64,000 nt of DNA from a virus (Duplodnaviria; Caudoviricetes). The stretch's first letter is position 1. The number at the start of each line of letters is the position of its first letter. The translations under genes and the position numbers were made by a program. Under the pieces are notes generated by a model, which had not been told where the DNA came from, ran no database searches, and worked only from the letters and a program-made list of their open reading frames with translations. Shown piece after piece: positions 28,064-37,992 of this stretch. The stretch lies in the IMG/VR virus record IMGVR_UViG_3300031857_000007; one strand, given 5' to 3'.

Positions 28064-31000
28064 TTAATATTCAACTATTAGTCTTTCAACGTCTTTTCTT
28101 TCACCATAAACAACAAAGAAATATTCAATTGGACCATTTTCTTTTGAAAATACGTAAACTTTATTGTTATCAATCTTTAAGACTCTTGGAGTCGGACTGT
28201 TACCGATTGGGGTTAAAGATACTGTTATACTATCGTCATGTACAAGTTCTGTCCAATAATCTGGAAGTTCAATCACGGTTTCTGTTGATTTTCCTCTTAC
28301 ATATACTCCGTTTTCTGGACCTTCAAGAGATCCATAACGTAGAGTCATTCCCTCTTTAGTTGGGTGTGGAATTACGAAAGATTTTGTGGTTGCATTTAAT
28401 GCTCCAGTGATTGTTAGACCACTAGATTGCCATGTTCCCCAATTTCCACTTGCACCAAAATAAAGATTGCTGGTTCTTCTATATCCAAAGTACAAGCTTC
28501 CAGTTCCACCCAAAGCACCTGCATTAATCTCATTAGAGAATAGAGAAACGCCACCGGAAGCATTAACTTCAAAAGCTCTATCTGTTGAAGGAACAGTTAT
28601 CGATGCTGCCACACTAAATGCACCAGCACCAGTCAAAGTTGCTGCTAAAGTAGTGCCACCATACCACTTAAATTGTTCAGAAGTTGTTGGAACAGAATTC
28701 CACAATGTGGATCCTTCAATACCCAATGCATAATCTACTGCAGAAGCTGCAATATTGTTATAAAGAACGATCTTAGTGCCGGCACTTCTTGTTGTAAATG
28801 CAGGAGCAGCAACACCAGTTGTACCAAAGTTTATCCAATTGTTTGTTGCTCCACTAAATGTTAACTGAGCAGAACTGGTTGATCCAGAACCATTTAAAGT
28901 TAAACCAGATGCTGTAACAGATCCAGCACTAAAGTTGCCCGAACCGTCTCTTCTAACAATTCTATTTGCAGTATTTGCAGTATCAGTAACATACCCCTCT
29001 AACTGAGAAGCATTTAGGTTAGTAACCTGTGTTGTTGAGCTAACAACTAGTGGAGCAGTTCCTGTGGAAACTGTAGACACAAACTGAGATGCTGTTGATA
29101 TGCCAGAATAATTTGAGTTTGTTCCACTAACTGCAGTTATTATACCAACGTTGGCATATGCATTATTTGTATAAACATTGGTAAAGTTTCCATTAGTAAA
29201 TGTTGCTCCAACACCAGTAGCATTTCCTGATAAAGTTGCAGTTACTGTTCTTGCAGCAAAATCTCCATTAGAGTCTCTTCTAACAATTCTATTTGCTGTA
29301 TTTGCAGTATCTGTCACGTATCCTTCAAGATATGAAGCATTCAGATTTGTAACTTGTGTAGTTGAAGTTACTGTAAGTGGAGCAGTTCCCGATGCTATAT
29401 TAGAAATTAATCTTGTACCTTCAACAGTTCCAGTTATCGTGAGATTGCTGGAATTGTCTAGTGTCATTGCTACGGAACCACCAGATCCTGGATCATTCTG
29501 ACTATCACTATGCGATCCGCCACGATGCCAAGAGAATCTAGAAGCAGATCTAAAGTATAATGTACTGCTTTGTACACCCAATCCATAATCGGTGCTCCAA
29601 AGATTAAGCATCTGTCTAGTGGCAGATCCAAACGACAATGATGCAGGATTAGATATGGTAACGTTGTCAGTAAATGCTCCTGTAGTTCCAGTGATATCAG
29701 CAGCAACTAATCCTCCAGTTGCATTTCTTAGTGCAATAGTATTTGAAGTTGCTGATGCCGAAGAAGAATACCCATTAAGATATTGTGTATTTAAATTTGT
29801 AACCTGTGTTGTTGAGCTAACAACTAATGGGGCAGTTCCAGTAGAAACTGTGGAATGTATAGTTGTTGCTGATATTGAACCACCAATAGAAACGTTTCCA
29901 GAAGAATCTAATGTAAGTCTGTTTGTTCCAACAGAGTTTCTTGCAATTAAGTTGCTAGTAAACTGTAAGTATAGGTTATTTGAAGAATACTGAATTTTTG
30001 CTGCCTTTTCACCTGTCCAAGTTCCTGATGTAAATATAATATCTTTGTTTGCAGGAACTGCAAAAGACGCAGTTACGGTTCCACCAATTGAAGGATTCGT
30101 TGTTAATTCATATGCAGAACCATTTCCAACAAGAATTGCGCCGTCTGATGGAAGAGCTGATAATCCAGTTCCACCCTTTGTGATAGGAATATTTCCAACT
30201 AAATTGTTCGTGTCGAGATAATATGATCCAGATTGTCCACCTAAAGTTGCAGCATCAACATCACCCGTTGCAGAATTTTTAATAGAAACTTGTCCGTCGT
30301 CACCTATACTGAAAGTTGAAGTTTTAAACTTAGATACACCAAGAGTTGAGAAACTATCTAGAGTTTGCTCTACTCTGTTTAGTTTCAAATTTAAATCTCC
30401 ATAGTGTGTTGTAACTCCAGAAGCGGATTCAAAACTAGAACCAACAATGGTTACTGGTTCGGTCGTTGCAATTCCTACGGATTTTACTACTTTTCTGTAA
30501 CTAGAGTCTCCGGACAAGAATGTATCTGAGTTTGCACTTCCACTACCCAATCTTGTTGGTGAGATTGTACCACTGGTTATGTTTGCAGCGTCAATACTAC
30601 CCGATGCCAGAATACTCCAGTTATTTGGATCAGCAGAAGAAGTATTTACGGTTGACTCATATGCAACATTTTGTTTTGTGAATGTTACAAATCCAGAAGA
30701 AGGAACTGCAGTAATATTAACTGGATTATAAAGAAGTCCATTAATCGATACTAAAGATGCTGCTTGTGTTGTATGTAGTGTAAATGAGTTGGTTGTTGCA
30801 GATCCGACAAAGTAGAAACTATTTGTATTGATTCCTGTTGGGGTTGCACCACTAGCTCTTACTGCATCACCAACACTAAACCCATGATTTACAAATACTA
30901 TCTGATCAGTATCAACATTGACTCCTCTTCTCGTTAGGGAATGAGTTCCTGTTCCGCTAGTAGCTAGGTCTTTCTTAGTAGAAAGTGCATAAGTTGTATA

Positions 31001-34000
31001 AAGTTCAACAGAACTGATTCCAACCTTTTTGACATAATATGTCGTACCATTAATCAGATCTCCTAAAAGATTTCCACCTCCTGTAGAATAAACAACTGGA
31101 TCTCCATCGGCAAAACTTGTAACACCAACAATAATCCTGTCATTTGCAAAGTCTATATCGCCACCAGTAGAAAAATCGGTTGGATCAAATGTCACTGAAT
31201 AATTTGCTGCTACAGTAGTTGCTATACCAACAGCATCTCTATCTTCAATATAATCTGTAATTAAATTCGAACCTGGGAATTTCTGATTATTTGTTAACTT
31301 CAAATAAAGTCTAGTTTCTACAGTATTGACAGAAACTGTAAAATCAGATCCACCACTTCTACCACCAATTAAAACCGGATTATTTACAGTTAGACTATCT
31401 CCCTGAACATATCCTCTTCCACCATAATCAATATCGACACTTGTGACAGTTCCTCCACCACCAACTGTAATCGTCGCTCTTGCACTTGTTCCAATTCCAG
31501 TAATACTATTCAGTGTTACGCCAGTATAAATTCCTGGATTTGTATATCCAGATCCTCCAACCAAACTGGTTGTTGTTAACAACACACCTTTAACAAGTCC
31601 AGTTGTTCCATATCCAACCGAAGTTGGTGTGGTAACAATACCAATGGCACCACCCGCAGATGTTGTACTCGTAACTATATCTCCATTTTGGAAGTTATAA
31701 TTTCTTGTGTTGTTATTTAAAATTAAATACTGACCATATACGTCGGATATGAGAACATATCCACTATCGGGTTCAATTACAGTATCACCATTTGCCAAAT
31801 TAATTGCTGGAATTTGATCAACTAAAGTAGTTCTTCCGCCAGAAACATTTGCCCTATAGTAGTTAACAACCTTAGGTGGTATAAGATCCGGATTAATTTG
31901 ACCAATAGAATTTAGTTGAACAATAGAACTTGGGACAGCATTAGTTGAAACTGACTTATCGATAAAGTCGCCAAGTCTATTGTTCAGGAAAGAACGAACT
32001 GCTTTTTGTGTTGAAACACGACTGTCTAATGGACCTCCAATTTCATTATCTCCCAGTCCCACATCTGTAGAGAATTCTTCAATAGCAACGCCACCAGAAA
32101 GACTTAATCTAAGAGAATCTAACTGACCAATAGAGACTTTATTATTGAATACAATATTTCCAGTTCTGTTATATGCAACAATAAACTGACCAATCTTAAA
32201 GTCTCCGAGTTCATTTGTTCCTGAAGTATAAACTCTTCCTCCAAGAGAATAAACTTGCTCAGATGCTGGATCTGTTTTGCCACCATTTTGTGGTAATGCA
32301 TTATAATCAATTCCTGATCCCGAAAATTCCCAGGTGTGAGAAGAAGAGTTGACAATAGAGGGTCTATGGAAATGAATTTTATAATCTTCTACAAGGTTTG
32401 CAATATTCAATATTTGATTCCCTGTTTCTGTAGAATCGACCTTAAATTCTATGGTGCAGAATGTAGTTATTCCCGTTACTGAGGTTATTGCAATTGATAC
32501 TGGAGATCCACTATGATCTAAAATAGTAGAATTGGTTCCAATTCCAGTAACACCAAAATTATTTCTTATTCCTCCAACCTTTTCAACAGAAACTATCAGT
32601 TCTCTTGAAGAACTATTGTAGGTATATGCATATCCTACTGCTGTTCCACCATTAACAGACTGAGTTACTTGTCTTCCTGGAACAAAATTTAAAGTGCTCG
32701 ATGTAGAAGCAATACCAATTCTTTGATATGATCTATGTGTGTCAATTGTTTCATAATTAAAGAATTCTTGATTTCCTTTTTGGAAAGTATTAATACCTGT
32801 TGTGACAGAAGTTAAATCTACTAACCTTGTTAAGCTCTCGTCTTCACATAGTTGGAAGTTATCAATATCAACAAACCTTACATAGTATTCGTTTTGGTTT
32901 GTGAGTCCACCAATTACTTGAGCAGGTATTACACCTTCATGTCCTAGATATACTACTTTATCTCCTTGCGTAAATCCATGACTTGCAATACCTATAGTAT
33001 CTGTTGTTGTGTTAACACCAACTGCAATATTAACAGTTTTTGAGACTACTGCTTGTTTAAATGCGGATGTTTGATCTATATTATTTCCGTCAAAGAATCT
33101 TAGAACATAAAGTTCTTGATCTGTTCTTCCTAAACCAATAACTTTCAAGGTCTGAAGACCACCACTTGTACCTGTTGCAGCAGCTATACCTCTATCAAAC
33201 ACATAGGATCTTTGATTGAATCCTGTTGATTTGAGGGCATAATATCCAAAGTTAGTCGCAGAGTTTGTGATTGACAAGTATCCACCAGACTGAGCTAGTG
33301 ATCCATAACGACAGAAGATTTGGAAGCAAGAAACAACCTGAGAATATCCATCATTAATAACACGCCAACCAATTCCACCAAACGAAACCATGGTAAATGC
33401 ATTAGCAACCATGGACTTACCAAATTCTGGTTGTGGACCAATTACAGGATTTTCAGCTTCTTCAGGTATAATTGCTGTATTTGGAGTTAATACTTTAGAT
33501 CCATCAACTAAAATACCATTTCCACCTAAGAATGATAAGATAGAGCAGTTTTGGATGTATGGAGATCTTGTAATAATTGGTTTTGTTGTTTTGACTGCGT
33601 ATCCAGTTCTTGAAGCAGTTGAGTCTGCAGGATCGTCAAATGCAACAGCATAATCAAAAGTATATTGTGGAATACCAGCGGCATCCACATAATCTTTCAT
33701 TGCGAATCCTGTCACATAGCAACCATTTCTAACTCTAAATAAATCTTTTCCGGCATTTAATGGTCGTATAATAGTATTTCTTAAGTTGTCTCCAACAACT
33801 GCTACGTCTTCATAAAGAAGAATTGGGTTGTCCTCTACATACTCTCCAGCTTCAACAAAAATGCATACTGGATTTGATTTTACCGTAGGTAAAGTAACAG
33901 AAGGAGCAGCTGTTGTTCCAATACCAATAATGCTAGTAACAATACCAACATAAGATCCAATTGCACTCCAAACATCTGCACAACAATTTTCACTATATGC

Positions 34001-37000
34001 ATTTGGATTGCATGAATCATCATATGCAAGAGTTAAATCAAATGATTGGGATATTGTATTTTGATAAGTTGTTGGTATTCCAACATTATTAATGATATAT
34101 TTTGAAATGTCGATAATATAGCGATATGCCGCCACTGTTTCTGTTGTTTCTCCAGCAACATAACTAGTTCCAGCATTCCAATATGCTAAACCTGCCTGAA
34201 CGGTCTTTGAATTACCTCCATATGATAGGTCATAAACTATTGCGTCTACAATATATCCAATATCTCTTTTGCAAGTAGTTTCATCATATTGTGGATCTGT
34301 AAGAAGAGCTGGGTATGTAGTTGTTGTGAACCCAATAACCTCTGCTTTAATGAATTCTTTATTTGCCTCAAGTAAATTTGCAGCATCTAAATATCTTCCG
34401 CCAGGTAATACAAATGACTCAAACGATGCTAATTGTGCCGCTCTCTTGAGTGTAGCAACTGGAGCTGCTTTACCGTCGTTTGCATCATTACCGTTTGCAG
34501 TCGAAACATAAATTCTATTTTCATAAAGACCAGTATTTTCAAATGATAATCTTCCTCCAGGATTTAGTGTTAAAACTTGTCCAGGAATTCCTAAGTTTGG
34601 AGGCAGAGTTAATGTGTATGATTGTGAATTAGTTGCTGCAGATCCAACAAATCTATAAGTATTAATTCCACTTGTTTGAGTGTTAATTCCAATAAATTTT
34701 AAGTCATTGTTTAAGATTAAATTGTCGTAAGTTGCTTGTATACCACTTAATGTTGTTATAATTCCAGAATTTGCATTAAATGTTGATACACCACTTAAAA
34801 CGTTTGAAATGCCATTTATTGTTACTGATCCTGATCCAACTGTTAAGACTCCACTTATTCTAGCATCTCCAGTAACAATTAAAGTTGTATTGCCAAATCC
34901 AACTTTAACGTTACCAATTGTGCCCACTCCAGAATAATTTAAGTCTGTTCCAGATATGGTTTGAATTTGTGCGGTTGTAATTATTCCTGTGACAGAATTA
35001 ATAATTGTTGCCGTAGCAATTCCAGAATAATTTAAATTAGTGCCACTTAAATTTGTTATTGTACCTACACCAGAATAGTTGATATTTGTACCATTCAGGT
35101 TTGTTAGTGTTGATATTCCAGAGTAATTAATATCAGTTCCCCTTAGAGCCTGTATATTAGCGTCTGTTGCGTTGAAATTGATTATAGTACCAACACCAAT
35201 ATACTCTAAATTAGTACCTGAAATTTCGGTAATTAGACCAACATTAGAAAATGTGTTATCATAATATAAAGTATTTCCTCTCAAACTACTAATACTTGCA
35301 ACTCCAGATAGTGTGAAGTCTGTAGCAAACAATTCATTGACCGTTGAAATTCCAGAATAGTTTAAATTTGTACCATTTAGATTTTGGATACTTCCATTTC
35401 CAGAATAGTCAATATTCGTTCCATACAAGGAATCTATAGTTCCGATACCAGTGTACTTAACATTTGTTCCTAATAGAGTTGAAACAGTTCCTACACCAGA
35501 ATAATTTAAGTTGGTTCCCCTCACATATGCAATATTTGAATCATCGGAATTTAAATTGGAAATCGTTCCAATTCCGGAGTAACTAATGTTAGTACCTGTT
35601 AGGTTTGGAATAGTTCCAAATCCAGAAACATTAATATCTGACGAATTTAATGTTGTAAATGTTCCAACACCAGAATAGTTAATATCTGTACCGGATATGC
35701 TAGAAATTGTACCTATACCAGAATAATTTAAGTTAGTCCCAATTATATTTGCAATAGATCCAATTCCAGCATATTCTAAATTTGTACCTTTAAGTTCTGG
35801 AATAGTTCCAATTCCAGAGGAATTTAAATTTATTGTCGTTACGTCGTCAAAGGATCCTTCTAAAAATGTTGCAGTATCTCCATCTAATGTGGTTACTGTT
35901 CCACTAGAATAATTTAAAGTACTTCCGCTAATGTCAGAAATATTTGCTGTGGTACTGTTAAGAGTTGCAATAGTACCAATACCAGAATAATTTATGTTAG
36001 TTCCTTCTAAGTATTGGAGTGTGCTTATTCCAGAATAATTGATATTGGTACCAGATAAGGTATCGATTGTTCCAATTCCAGAATAGTTTAGATTTGTTCC
36101 TCTTAAAGTATCTAGTGAAGAAATGCCAACATTTTCAATATCAGTTGTTTTTAATTGAGATATTGTACCAACACCAGAATAATTTAAATTTGTACCATTT
36201 ATCGTTGCAAAACTACTTATTCCACTGTAGTTTATGTTAGTGCCATTTAAATCTGCGACAGTACCAACACCAGAATAATTTAGATTTGTTCCATTTAAAT
36301 ATGCTAATGTGCTTACTCCAACATACTCTATGTCAGATCCTTTAAGATTTGATACTGTACTTAATCCAGTATAATTTAATGTTGATCCTTCAAGTGTAGA
36401 AATTGTTGCAATTCCACTTATTACAATATCTGTCGAAGCAACAGATGTAAAGTTTGCATTATTATAGGTTATTTGATCTCCACTAAGAGTTGGTATATCT
36501 GCGCTTGCAAATGTCGCTATTCCACTGTAGTTTATATCTACACCATTTAGTGAGGATATTGTTCCTATACCAGTATAAGATAGATTAGATCCTCTTAAAT
36601 CTGATAATGTGCTTACCCCAGAATAATACAAATCTGTACCTATTAATCTGGATATTGTTCCTACACCAGAGTAATTTAGGTTCTCTCCAATTAACGTTGT
36701 AACACTTCCAACACCAGAATAATTGATATTTGTACCAGATAAGGTATCAATTGTTCCAATTCCAGAATAGTTTAGATTTTCTCCAGTTAGAGTATTAATT
36801 GTGGAAATACCTGAATAATTTAGGTTTTGTCCATTTATTTTACCAATATATCCATCTGAATATGACAATCCTATGCCACTTATTGTTGTAATTATACCAA
36901 CACCAAAATTACCAATAGATGCATAAATATCCGAACTAAGTCCAACGGAAGTTGCATTTATACTTCCAAAAGTTCCAACTCCACTATAGGTTAAAAACGT

Positions 37001-37603
37001 TCCTGAAATATTGGTAACTACACCAACAGCGGACCTTAGATTTTGTAAAGTAGAAATACCAGAATAATTTGCATTTACTCCAGTTAAGTTTGTAATAATT
37101 CCTACGTTATATTCTAATCCTGATCCAGATAAAGAAGTTATAATTCCGACCGAATAATTTAATTCATATCCTTGTAAGGTATTTGCAATACCAACACCAT
37201 ATGTTAAAGTATCTACAGAAAGAGTACCAATAGTACCAACACCAGTAGCAACAATATTTGTCGATTGTACTGAAGTTGTTTCAACTAAATTTGTGAGTAC
37301 AGTATTTGCAGCAAGAGCTGATGGGTCCAAATAACTGCTACCAGTTTTATATGTTGTATTGGTAATGGTTATACCAGAACCAATTCTTATCTCTCCACCA
37401 TCTCCGTCAAGAGTAACTGTATTCCCAGAACCAAAAGTCGCTATTCCAGAAACCTTTGCTGTACCAAAAACTTCTAAATCAGAAGAAGCATTATTGGTTT
37501 TTATACCAACCCTACCAATAGTTGTAATTACAGTGTTATTCTCTGTAAAAGAACTTACACCAACATTTAACTGAGATTTTCTTCCGCTTAGAAATTTGTC
37601 CAT
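28064..37603 (-). CDS. Giant tail fibre/spike protein (3179 aa): repeat shaft, pectin-lyase-like beta-helix, C-terminal chaperone-like domain
   Basis: Many GTNLNYSGIGTI-type repeats, NGNDANDG...YVEDNP...VVGDNLR beta-helix entry, SPYIQNCS, and C-terminal KSFVIPHP...LEGPENGVYVRG domain. Confidence 0.85.
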   Translation of the reverse strand: MDKFLSGRKSQLNVGVSSFTENNTVITTIGRVGIKTNNASSDLEVFGTAKVSGIATFGSGNTVTLDGDGGEIRIGSGITITNTTYKTGSSYLDPSALAANTVLTNLVETTSVQSTNIVATGVGTIGTLSVDTLTYGVGIANTLQGYELNYSVGIITSLSGSGLEYNVGIITNLTGVNANYSGISTLQNLRSAVGVVTNISGTFLTYSGVGTFGSINATSVGLSSDIYASIGNFGVGIITTISGIGLSYSDGYIGKINGQNLNYSGISTINTLTGENLNYSGIGTIDTLSGTNINYSGVGSVTTLIGENLNYSGVGTISRLIGTDLYYSGVSTLSDLRGSNLSYTGIGTISSLNGVDINYSGIATFASADIPTLSGDQITYNNANFTSVASTDIVISGIATISTLEGSTLNYTGLSTVSNLKGSDIEYVGVSTLAYLNGTNLNYSGVGTVADLNGTNINYSGISSFATINGTNLNYSGVGTISQLKTTDIENVGISSLDTLRGTNLNYSGIGTIDTLSGTNINYSGISTLQYLEGTNINYSGIGTIATLNSTTANISDISGSTLNYSSGTVTTLDGDTATFLEGSFDDVTTINLNSSGIGTIPELKGTNLEYAGIGSIANIIGTNLNYSGIGTISSISGTDINYSGVGTFTTLNSSDINVSGFGTIPNLTGTNISYSGIGTISNLNSDDSNIAYVRGTNLNYSGVGTVSTLLGTNVKYTGIGTIDSLYGTNIDYSGNGSIQNLNGTNLNYSGISTVNELFATDFTLSGVASISSLRGNTLYYDNTFSNVGLITEISGTNLEYIGVGTIINFNATDANIQALRGTDINYSGISTLTNLNGTNINYSGVGTITNLSGTNLNYSGIATATIINSVTGIITTAQIQTISGTDLNYSGVGTIGNVKVGFGNTTLIVTGDARISGVLTVGSGSVTINGISNVLSGVSTFNANSGIITTLSGIQATYDNLILNNDLKFIGINTQTSGINTYRFVGSAATNSQSYTLTLPPNLGIPGQVLTLNPGGRLSFENTGLYENRIYVSTANGNDANDGKAAPVATLKRAAQLASFESFVLPGGRYLDAANLLEANKEFIKAEVIGFTTTTYPALLTDPQYDETTCKRDIGYIVDAIVYDLSYGGNSKTVQAGLAYWNAGTSYVAGETTETVAAYRYIIDISKYIINNVGIPTTYQNTISQSFDLTLAYDDSCNPNAYSENCCADVWSAIGSYVGIVTSIIGIGTTAAPSVTLPTVKSNPVCIFVEAGEYVEDNPILLYEDVAVVGDNLRNTIIRPLNAGKDLFRVRNGCYVTGFAMKDYVDAAGIPQYTFDYAVAFDDPADSTASRTGYAVKTTKPIITRSPYIQNCSILSFLGGNGILVDGSKVLTPNTAIIPEEAENPVIGPQPEFGKSMVANAFTMVSFGGIGWRVINDGYSQVVSCFQIFCRYGSLAQSGGYLSITNSATNFGYYALKSTGFNQRSYVFDRGIAAATGTSGGLQTLKVIGLGRTDQELYVLRFFDGNNIDQTSAFKQAVVSKTVNIAVGVNTTTDTIGIASHGFTQGDKVVYLGHEGVIPAQVIGGLTNQNEYYVRFVDIDNFQLCEDESLTRLVDLTSVTTGINTFQKGNQEFFNYETIDTHRSYQRIGIASTSSTLNFVPGRQVTQSVNGGTAVGYAYTYNSSSRELIVSVEKVGGIRNNFGVTGIGTNSTILDHSGSPVSIAITSVTGITTFCTIEFKVDSTETGNQILNIANLVEDYKIHFHRPSIVNSSSHTWEFSGSGIDYNALPQNGGKTDPASEQVYSLGGRVYTSGTNELGDFKIGQFIVAYNRTGNIVFNNKVSIGQLDSLRLSLSGGVAIEEFSTDVGLGDNEIGGPLDSRVSTQKAVRSFLNNRLGDFIDKSVSTNAVPSSIVQLNSIGQINPDLIPPKVVNYYRANVSGGRTTLVDQIPAINLANGDTVIEPDSGYVLISDVYGQYLILNNNTRNYNFQNGDIVTSTTSAGGAIGIVTTPTSVGYGTTGLVKGVLLTTTSLVGGSGYTNPGIYTGVTLNSITGIGTSARATITVGGGGTVTSVDIDYGGRGYVQGDSLTVNNPVLIGGRSGGSDFTVSVNTVETRLYLKLTNNQKFPGSNLITDYIEDRDAVGIATTVAANYSVTFDPTDFSTGGDIDFANDRIIVGVTSFADGDPVVYSTGGGNLLGDLINGTTYYVKKVGISSVELYTTYALSTKKDLATSGTGTHSLTRRGVNVDTDQIVFVNHGFSVGDAVRASGATPTGINTNSFYFVGSATTNSFTLHTTQAASLVSINGLLYNPVNITAVPSSGFVTFTKQNVAYESTVNTSSADPNNWSILASGSIDAANITSGTISPTRLGSGSANSDTFLSGDSSYRKVVKSVGIATTEPVTIVGSSFESASGVTTHYGDLNLKLNRVEQTLDSFSTLGVSKFKTSTFSIGDDGQVSIKNSATGDVDAATLGGQSGSYYLDTNNLVGNIPITKGGTGLSALPSDGAILVGNGSAYELTTNPSIGGTVTASFAVPANKDIIFTSGTWTGEKAAKIQYSSNNLYLQFTSNLIARNSVGTNRLTLDSSGNVSIGGSISATTIHSTVSTGTAPLVVSSTTQVTNLNTQYLNGYSSSASATSNTIALRNATGGLVAADITGTTGAFTDNVTISNPASLSFGSATRQMLNLWSTDYGLGVQSSTLYFRSASRFSWHRGGSHSDSQNDPGSGGSVAMTLDNSSNLTITGTVEGTRLISNIASGTAPLTVTSTTQVTNLNASYLEGYVTDTANTANRIVRRDSNGDFAARTVTATLSGNATGVGATFTNGNFTNVYTNNAYANVGIITAVSGTNSNYSGISTASQFVSTVSTGTAPLVVSSTTQVTNLNASQLEGYVTDTANTANRIVRRDGSGNFSAGSVTASGLTLNGSGSTSSAQLTFSGATNNWINFGTTGVAAPAFTTRSAGTKIVLYNNIAASAVDYALGIEGSTLWNSVPTTSEQFKWYGGTTLAATLTGAGAFSVAASITVPSTDRAFEVNASGGVSLFSNEINAGALGGTGSLYFGYRRTSNLYFGASGNWGTWQSSGLTITGALNATTKSFVIPHPTKEGMTLRYGSLEGPENGVYVRGKSTETVIELPDYWTELVHDDSITVSLTPIGNSPTPRVLKIDNNKVYVFSKENGPIEYFFVVYGERKDVERLIVEY
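28930..29870 (-). repeat. Three degenerate copies of the TAPLVVSSTTQVTNLN...NTANRIVRRD module
   Basis: Visible three times in the translation; boundaries approximate. Confidence 0.8.
34920..37110 (-). repeat. Degenerate ~15-aa tandem repeats (T-L-x-G-T-N-L/I-N-Y-S-G-I/V-G-T-I)
   Basis: Read from the translation of 28064-37603; boundaries approximate. Confidence 0.85.
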
Positions 37604-37644
37604 TTTTTATATAAAGTCCTACTTTAATAATAGTTTGTTAATTA

Positions 37645-37989
37645 TTAGTTGAGTGTTTCTAAAACACTTGCTATAAATTTTAAATTTCCTGTGGATCCTA
37701 CACCTGTTATATTTAACTTATCTCCGGATTCAAGTACTAGTTTTCCGGATATTAAATTTGCAGAATCATTTGAAGGAATTGCAAAATCCTTTACAATCTC
37801 AGTTGTTACTGCAGTTCCTGAAACAGATCTTTCGTGCGAAAATGTGATCGTATGTGATTCGGTGTCAACATTTGCAACCTGTGCAAGAAGAACAACACCA
37901 GAGTATCCTACAGGTGCAGTATATATCCCAACTTTATTTGGAGTAACTGCGTGTGTTACTGTTTTGAATACGTTTAAAGCTAATGCCAT
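37645..37989 (-). CDS. Small structural beta-sandwich protein associated with fibres
   Basis: IYTAP...LLAQVAN...KLVLESGDKL pattern; lies between two fibre genes. Confidence 0.65.
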   Translation of the reverse strand: MALALNVFKTVTHAVTPNKVGIYTAPVGYSGVVLLAQVANVDTESHTITFSHERSVSGTAVTTEIVKDFAIPSNDSANLISGKLVLESGDKLNITGVGSTGNLKFIASVLETLN

Positions 37990-37992
37990 TTT

